A stretch of 56,517 nucleotides of DNA from an uncultured bacterium (GTDB taxonomy: Bacteria; Patescibacteriota; Minisyncoccia; Phycocordibacterales; PALSA-1337), in assembly GCA_903842025.1 (NCBI GenBank), contig CAIMKX010000009.1, forward strand, positions 1 through 56,517, read 5' to 3'. Below are positions 51,617 to 56,517 of the stretch, piece after piece. The notes beneath the pieces are model-generated. The model ran no database searches and had not been told where the DNA came from. It was given only the letters and a program-made list of their open reading frames with translations. A program made the translations under genes and the position numbers. The stretch's first letter is position 1. The number at the start of each line of letters is the position of its first letter.

Positions 51617-54334
51617 TTATTGTTTACTTGATAATTTCTTATACAGATCAAACAGAAATTTAATGCGCATTTCATTATTTGTAAACCTCTTTCCGTAGCA
51701 CGCATCTACTGATTTATCTAGATCAGCATGAACTGTTACTAGCTCTGGGGGCATCGTTTTAGGATCATACAAATCAGCAAGAGAACTATTTGGAAACTGT
51801 TGCCGAACATCCAATACTTTTTGTGCGCAAGCTTCAACATCTTTCTTATGCTCATCAGATACACTTTCTGGCCAAGGAAAATTGTTATAAACCAGTGTAT
51901 TTGAATAGCGGTAATCACTTTTTAATCTACCACATACATATGATACCCAAGTCATGTGCATCAAGGACTGGAGAACGCCGAAGTCATATAGTGTAGCATC
52001 TAAAACTGCTAAACATGTGTCTCCAATGATTTTATCCTTGCCAAAAAAGCTCATTGGTATGTAGACCCTATTTTCTGAACTAACACGAGGAATAGCGACA
52101 TAGTTGCTTTCTGGTTGACGGATTTCCCCAAAAAGCGCTGGGTATTTTGCCAACACTTGTGTCTCCGTCCGAGAGCTTTCAGTGCGCAGTATCTTAACAT
52201 TTTCTATACGTTCCATAACTTTCGGAAGTGTCTGAATTATCTGTGGCTCAACATCCTTTAACCATAAACAATATCTCCTTTCACCATTTAGATATTCTTT
52301 TGCACTGATGATCTCCTTCATATATGGCAAAGCATCGGGTTCAACTTGTAAAAAATCATTCTTCTCTCTTTCCGTAAATAGAAAATTACCTCCGTCATTA
52401 GGCATATTTCCAAACGTTATCGCTGGCACTGAACATATTGGAGCCCGTCTATTTTCAACGAAAACATCCTCACCTGCTACAAGGTAAGCGTTTATGTGAT
52501 TGACCTCCTTCTCCTTCGGCTCGCTCCTAATTGTCTCGTATTCATACAGATATTTTCTCGGGGTATCAAAACATGCGAAACCGACTATTACACAGTATAC
52601 TGCAGCAACTCCTGGCGCATCATTATTCCATTTAAATGTTTCATGGGCAAAATGAATCGTTATTCCATACCTTTCTTTTAATCTTTTCCAAAGAATAGCA
52701 ACTTGCTCTCCTTGGCATATTGAATTTGTAGACACAAAAGCCGTCTTTATCGAAGTACCAGCCATATACCTAGCCGCCTTTTCATACCATGCGGTAACAA
52801 AGTCAAGATTGCCCGCACCTTTTATATTGTCGAATACGCTCAAGAATATTTCCTTTTGTTTGGGATCCATCAGGCGTGCACCTACGAATGGCGGATTTCC
52901 AAGAATGAATGAGAGCCTAGACTTCGGAATAATGCTTTCCCAATCTGTAGTCAGCGCATCAGCATTAATTATAGTCGCAGGCTCTCGAAGTGGGATGCGA
53001 GCATATATCTCACCAAACTTCTCCGACAGCAACTGATTCATTTGATGATCTACGAGATACATTGCCACGCGAGCTATGAGTGCCGGAAACTCCTCGATCT
53101 CAATACCATAAAATTGATTAACATTGATCATAGAAAGCTCATCTGCTCCAAATCCAAATATTCGTAGGCTAGACTCTTTGACTGAACGCTTTTTGCGTAA
53201 CACTTCGATCTCAAGTTTTCGTATCTCTCGATAAGCAACAACTAGAAAGTTCCCGCACCCACAAGCTGGATCTAGGAATTTAAGTGATGAAAGTTTTTTA
53301 TGGAAAATATCAAGTTTTTTAGGATCACGTTTGACTTGATCAAATTCAATGTAAAGCTCATCGAGGAAGAGTGGATGTATTAACTTCAGGATGTTTATCT
53401 CTGACGTATAATGCGCACCCAGATGACGGCGAGCTTCCTCATCCATAACACCTTGGAATAACGAGCCGAAAATTGATGCTGAGATCTTCGACCAATCAAA
53501 ACTTAAACATTTCATCAGTTTGAGATATGCGGTTGCGTCCAAAGATACTGGCGCTATTTGTTCAGCAAAAATACCGCCGTTAATATACTGGAACGTCATC
53601 AACTGTTCATCTAGATTCGTTTGTCTCTTTTCCTGAGGTGTATTTAGAATGTGGAATATTTGTAATAGATGAATACCGAGGTCAGATCCGTCCTTATTCA
53701 CCCTATTCTCTATGTAGCTTCGAAAATGGTCTTTCGGGAAAATACCTGTATCATCTGCGAAAAGACAAAATAGAATGCGAATCAAAAAGACTTCTAGATC
53801 ATGTCCACTATACCCAGTCTTCGCAATCTCATTATGAAAATCGGCCATCAATTTTGCTGCCTTAATACTTGCCTCTTCCTCTTTCTCATACACTTGAACA
53901 TGATACCCAGATATAAACCCGAAAAGATTTATATGCTTATGCAGGTCTTTAAGCAAAAATTCTTCGTGTGTATCTGTATCCAAATCATACACACGGATCT
54001 TTTCAAAATCAGAGACGATGACATACTGTGGAAGTTCTGGGTCTTTTAAGCCTGGAAAATAATCTTTGGCTTGATTAAATGCCCTATCTAGACTTTTTCC
54101 ACGAGTTTTGTGTTCAGCCAGCATTGTTCCTTTCCAAATCACATCGATATACCCTCTTCCACCGTCCAACTTTTTAACAGGATATTCAAACGTGGCAACT
54201 CGTCTCCTAGACACACCAAAAACATTAAAGAATCCATCCCAGAAACTCTTTGCTTCTGCATCTTCATTGTAATCACGTTCCCATTCATGAGAAAAGACTA
54301 CAGCTCTATTTCTAATTTCGTTAAGACTAATCAT
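51617..54334 (-). CDS. MmeI-family type IIL/IIG restriction endonuclease-N6-adenine methyltransferase
   Basis: N-terminal FW..FF.VFGVSRRRVATFE..GYIDVIWKGTMLAEHKTRGKSLD (D-x9-ExK nuclease). Also FLDPACGCGNFLV (motif I) and LGNPPFVG (motif IV). Length 905 aa. Confidence 0.9.
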   Translation of the reverse strand: MISLNEIRNRAVVFSHEWERDYNEDAEAKSFWDGFFNVFGVSRRRVATFEYPVKKLDGGRGYIDVIWKGTMLAEHKTRGKSLDRAFNQAKDYFPGLKDPELPQYVIVSDFEKIRVYDLDTDTHEEFLLKDLHKHINLFGFISGYHVQVYEKEEEASIKAAKLMADFHNEIAKTGYSGHDLEVFLIRILFCLFADDTGIFPKDHFRSYIENRVNKDGSDLGIHLLQIFHILNTPQEKRQTNLDEQLMTFQYINGGIFAEQIAPVSLDATAYLKLMKCLSFDWSKISASIFGSLFQGVMDEEARRHLGAHYTSEINILKLIHPLFLDELYIEFDQVKRDPKKLDIFHKKLSSLKFLDPACGCGNFLVVAYREIRKLEIEVLRKKRSVKESSLRIFGFGADELSMINVNQFYGIEIEEFPALIARVAMYLVDHQMNQLLSEKFGEIYARIPLREPATIINADALTTDWESIIPKSRLSFILGNPPFVGARLMDPKQKEIFLSVFDNIKGAGNLDFVTAWYEKAARYMAGTSIKTAFVSTNSICQGEQVAILWKRLKERYGITIHFAHETFKWNNDAPGVAAVYCVIVGFACFDTPRKYLYEYETIRSEPKEKEVNHINAYLVAGEDVFVENRRAPICSVPAITFGNMPNDGGNFLFTEREKNDFLQVEPDALPYMKEIISAKEYLNGERRYCLWLKDVEPQIIQTLPKVMERIENVKILRTESSRTETQVLAKYPALFGEIRQPESNYVAIPRVSSENRVYIPMSFFGKDKIIGDTCLAVLDATLYDFGVLQSLMHMTWVSYVCGRLKSDYRYSNTLVYNNFPWPESVSDEHKKDVEACAQKVLDVRQQFPNSSLADLYDPKTMPPELVTVHADLDKSVDACYGKRFTNNEMRIKFLFDLYKKLSSKQ

Positions 54335-54559
54335 AAATGCTTATAGAATAGAGTGTATCACACTGCAATTTATAAATCAGTTTGGAATTATTCGCAAAAA
54401 ACGAAGATAGACATAAAAATGGACATGGTGTATCATCCCGCATTTTTAAAAACTGCGATTCGATGCCTCTGTAACTTTCTACCTCTGATTAGTAATCTTG
54501 CCCCATATTACAGATTCAAGCGTTTGTCGGCATGATGCACAAGCAACACATCTTGGCCT

Positions 54560-55213
54560 TTAAGTCTCAAAAGTCATCCTTTTATAAATCTGTCTCGTGG
54601 TCTCGACATCCCTCATGCAGTAATCGCAAATCTCTTTAACCTTTCCTCGTTTGAAAAAGTCATAAACCTCGGAACCATCAATCCCATCTTTTGGTGTCGG
54701 TAATCCGAGAGCAAGAGCAATATGTTCAAGACCGACATTTTTCTGAAAACCCCATTTCGACCATTCGCACATAGTGTCAAAGATCGGAGAACTGCGATAC
54801 CGTGCGAAACTCAAATCTTTACTTGGCTTAATGTTTAAAACGATTGATCTCTGATACAGAAAAGTCAAATCAAAATTCATAATGTTATGGCCAATAAATA
54901 GGTCGCTTTTCTCGGTTATCAGCCAAAATTCCTGAAGGGTTTTGCTCTCGTCTTCTGGGTTGCAAATCACCTGTGTATTCTCGTCATTTATGGCATATGC
55001 TACGCAAAGAACCCTTCCAAAACCGCCATCAAAAGACGTCTTCAAAAAATAATCTTCAAACTTGTCGGCAATCTTACCTTCAATCTCAACTTCTTCAACC
55101 ACATCTTTCTTCCGAGATTTCTTCTCAAGCTGTCGCTTGAAAAGATACTCTAGTTTTGATTGACTATTTTCATCAGCGGGTAAAGTCTCAATATCTATAA
55201 ATAGTTTGTTCAT
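54560..55213 (-). CDS. DEDDy 3'-5' exonuclease (PolB-exonuclease-like, COG3298-type)
   Basis: FIDIETLP (ExoI), GHNIMNFDLTFL (ExoII) and DYCMRDVETT (ExoIII). Start set at MNKLFIDIE. Confidence 0.75.
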   Translation of the reverse strand: MNKLFIDIETLPADENSQSKLEYLFKRQLEKKSRKKDVVEEVEIEGKIADKFEDYFLKTSFDGGFGRVLCVAYAINDENTQVICNPEDESKTLQEFWLITEKSDLFIGHNIMNFDLTFLYQRSIVLNIKPSKDLSFARYRSSPIFDTMCEWSKWGFQKNVGLEHIALALGLPTPKDGIDGSEVYDFFKRGKVKEICDYCMRDVETTRQIYKRMTFET

Positions 55214-55229
55214 ATATATTATGTGAAAA

Positions 55230-56141
55230 CTAATAACAATCAACTCTTCCTGTACCGTTACCACCGGCATAAGTGCAATGTGTAGTCTGTTGATATTGTT
55301 GCGGTGCTGGAATTGCCCCCGTATTTATTGGAATCCCTATTTGCGATTGAAGACTTTGTATCTGTAAGTTAAGTTTTTCTATTTTCGCATTAGCTTCATT
55401 CGTCAAAATGCTTAACTGATTTTGGAATTGATTTGTCGCTGACCCGAAAGGATTTGGTGCACCAGCAAAAGAATTCCCTAGAGTCTGCTTATCGGCGTAA
55501 TATTTATTTTTTATATCGAGAATTTGTTGGTTAAGGGTATTGATCTGGGTTTGGATATCTTGGGTGGCAGATTGTTGGGAAGTTTGAATAACTGTTCCGC
55601 TCGGTATAGGTACACAAGACTTTTGGTCGTTGCTCGAAGTATATCCCGCCTTACACGAACAATTGTATGCCCCGTTGCTCATATATGACGATCCGTCCCA
55701 TGTAGCATTCATATCATCACAGATCTGATAACCAGTTTTCTGAGGTATTTCACAATATGCGTCACCAGTTTGTGGACAAATGAGGTTTTGTTTTGCGGGA
55801 CATTTATTCCAGTAAGTACCGTTACAAAGTGTACCCGTAGGTTGAGTCGGTTGCTTAACTTGAGGTTGCGCGAGCGGTGAAATTACAGCACCAGGATTCT
55901 TGCTGTTAACACTTTTAACTGGTATTCGTGCAGATGCAGTTGGACTTGCCTCTGAAGGCACGGACGTTGGTGATTGTTCGATAATCTTATTGGGTGGTGT
56001 AGGTGTGTTTACTATCTGTACTTTGGAACCGGTAGACATGAATGAAAAAATACTCCACGTTGTTGGATTCCACCATGATGCAAAAGTAATCGAAGGGACA
56101 GTGAATAATAAAATGGTAACTGCTAAAATAGGTTTTTTCAT
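55230..56141 (-). CDS. secreted Cys-rich / coiled-coil hypothetical protein
   Basis: Signal peptide MKKPILAVTILLFTVPSITFA. Eight or more Cys in the central region. Gln/Asn-rich coiled-coil C-terminal half. Confidence 0.55.
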   Translation of the reverse strand: MKKPILAVTILLFTVPSITFASWWNPTTWSIFSFMSTGSKVQIVNTPTPPNKIIEQSPTSVPSEASPTASARIPVKSVNSKNPGAVISPLAQPQVKQPTQPTGTLCNGTYWNKCPAKQNLICPQTGDAYCEIPQKTGYQICDDMNATWDGSSYMSNGAYNCSCKAGYTSSNDQKSCVPIPSGTVIQTSQQSATQDIQTQINTLNQQILDIKNKYYADKQTLGNSFAGAPNPFGSATNQFQNQLSILTNEANAKIEKLNLQIQSLQSQIGIPINTGAIPAPQQYQQTTHCTYAGGNGTGRVDCY

Positions 56142-56517
56142 GGGTATTGATTATCTAATAAATCAACAATACCCTAGTGTGAGATACACAAAACCCAACA
56201 CTAGGAGGCCTTGCGACCCATATACCGGTTTCCCGATATAACGTTGAACACGCCCTAATGCTGGGGTTAATGTGTTCAACGATTTTCGACCATACCTTAT
56301 GCAAATCACACAAGGGTTAGGTCTACGATATTCAGTTGTGTCTTCAGTGTACGACTTGGAACAGGTCTTGTCTACCGCAGTCTCCTCCCATACATAATGA
56401 GCCTCAAATAGTTCCACTGTCCCAGGGAAATGAGCTCAATTTCCCTTGAGCTGTGGATAACGGCATGATTGATGAATTATGAACATCATCATGAACGATT
56501 CTCACATAGTGAGCGTA

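Overview
This 56.5-kb window looks like a chromosomal fragment from a small-genome, CPR/Patescibacteria-like bacterium. That placement is an inference from gene content and from the typical 'gtcattcccgcgaaagcgggaatgac' palindromic repeats; no database search was possible. Region 1-24.8 kb holds mostly minus-strand housekeeping genes: tatD, metG, an AI-2E permease, an M16 peptidase, glyQS, recO, ileS, argS, glyA, a thyA-like/HIT/dCMP-deaminase/cytidylyltransferase/DHFR-family cluster, rplK, nusG, secE and folD. These genes are separated by several families of MITE/REP-like palindromic repeats, and two repeats sit in frame inside conserved enzymes (glyA and a SAM methyltransferase). ileS carries a ~200-aa histidine-phosphatase (RHG) domain inserted in its catalytic body. 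Region 24.9-27.5 kb is a complete diversity-generating retroelement: RT, an oppositely oriented Avd-like gene, a TR/VR pair with adenine-specific mismatches, and a target gene. Region 28-36 kb holds envelope and redox genes (DsbA+VKOR, NodB deacetylase, uppP) plus hypotheticals. Region 36.1-42.1 kb is a visibly GC-richer purine module (purM-like, purH, purB and a PAICS-like purC-purE fusion). Region 42.7-56.5 kb is an AT-richer accessory/defence island. It contains HigB/HigA-ImmA, an HNH nuclease, a decayed large serine recombinase and an MmeI-type IIL restriction-modification enzyme with a small PD-(D/E)xK partner. It also contains a Ser/Thr kinase fused to a TGT/DpdA-like CxCxxC TIM-barrel domain, and DEDD exonucleases. 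The kinase fusion with its nuclease and RM neighbours is my best candidate for an undescribed system. No rRNA, tRNA or CRISPR array was found.
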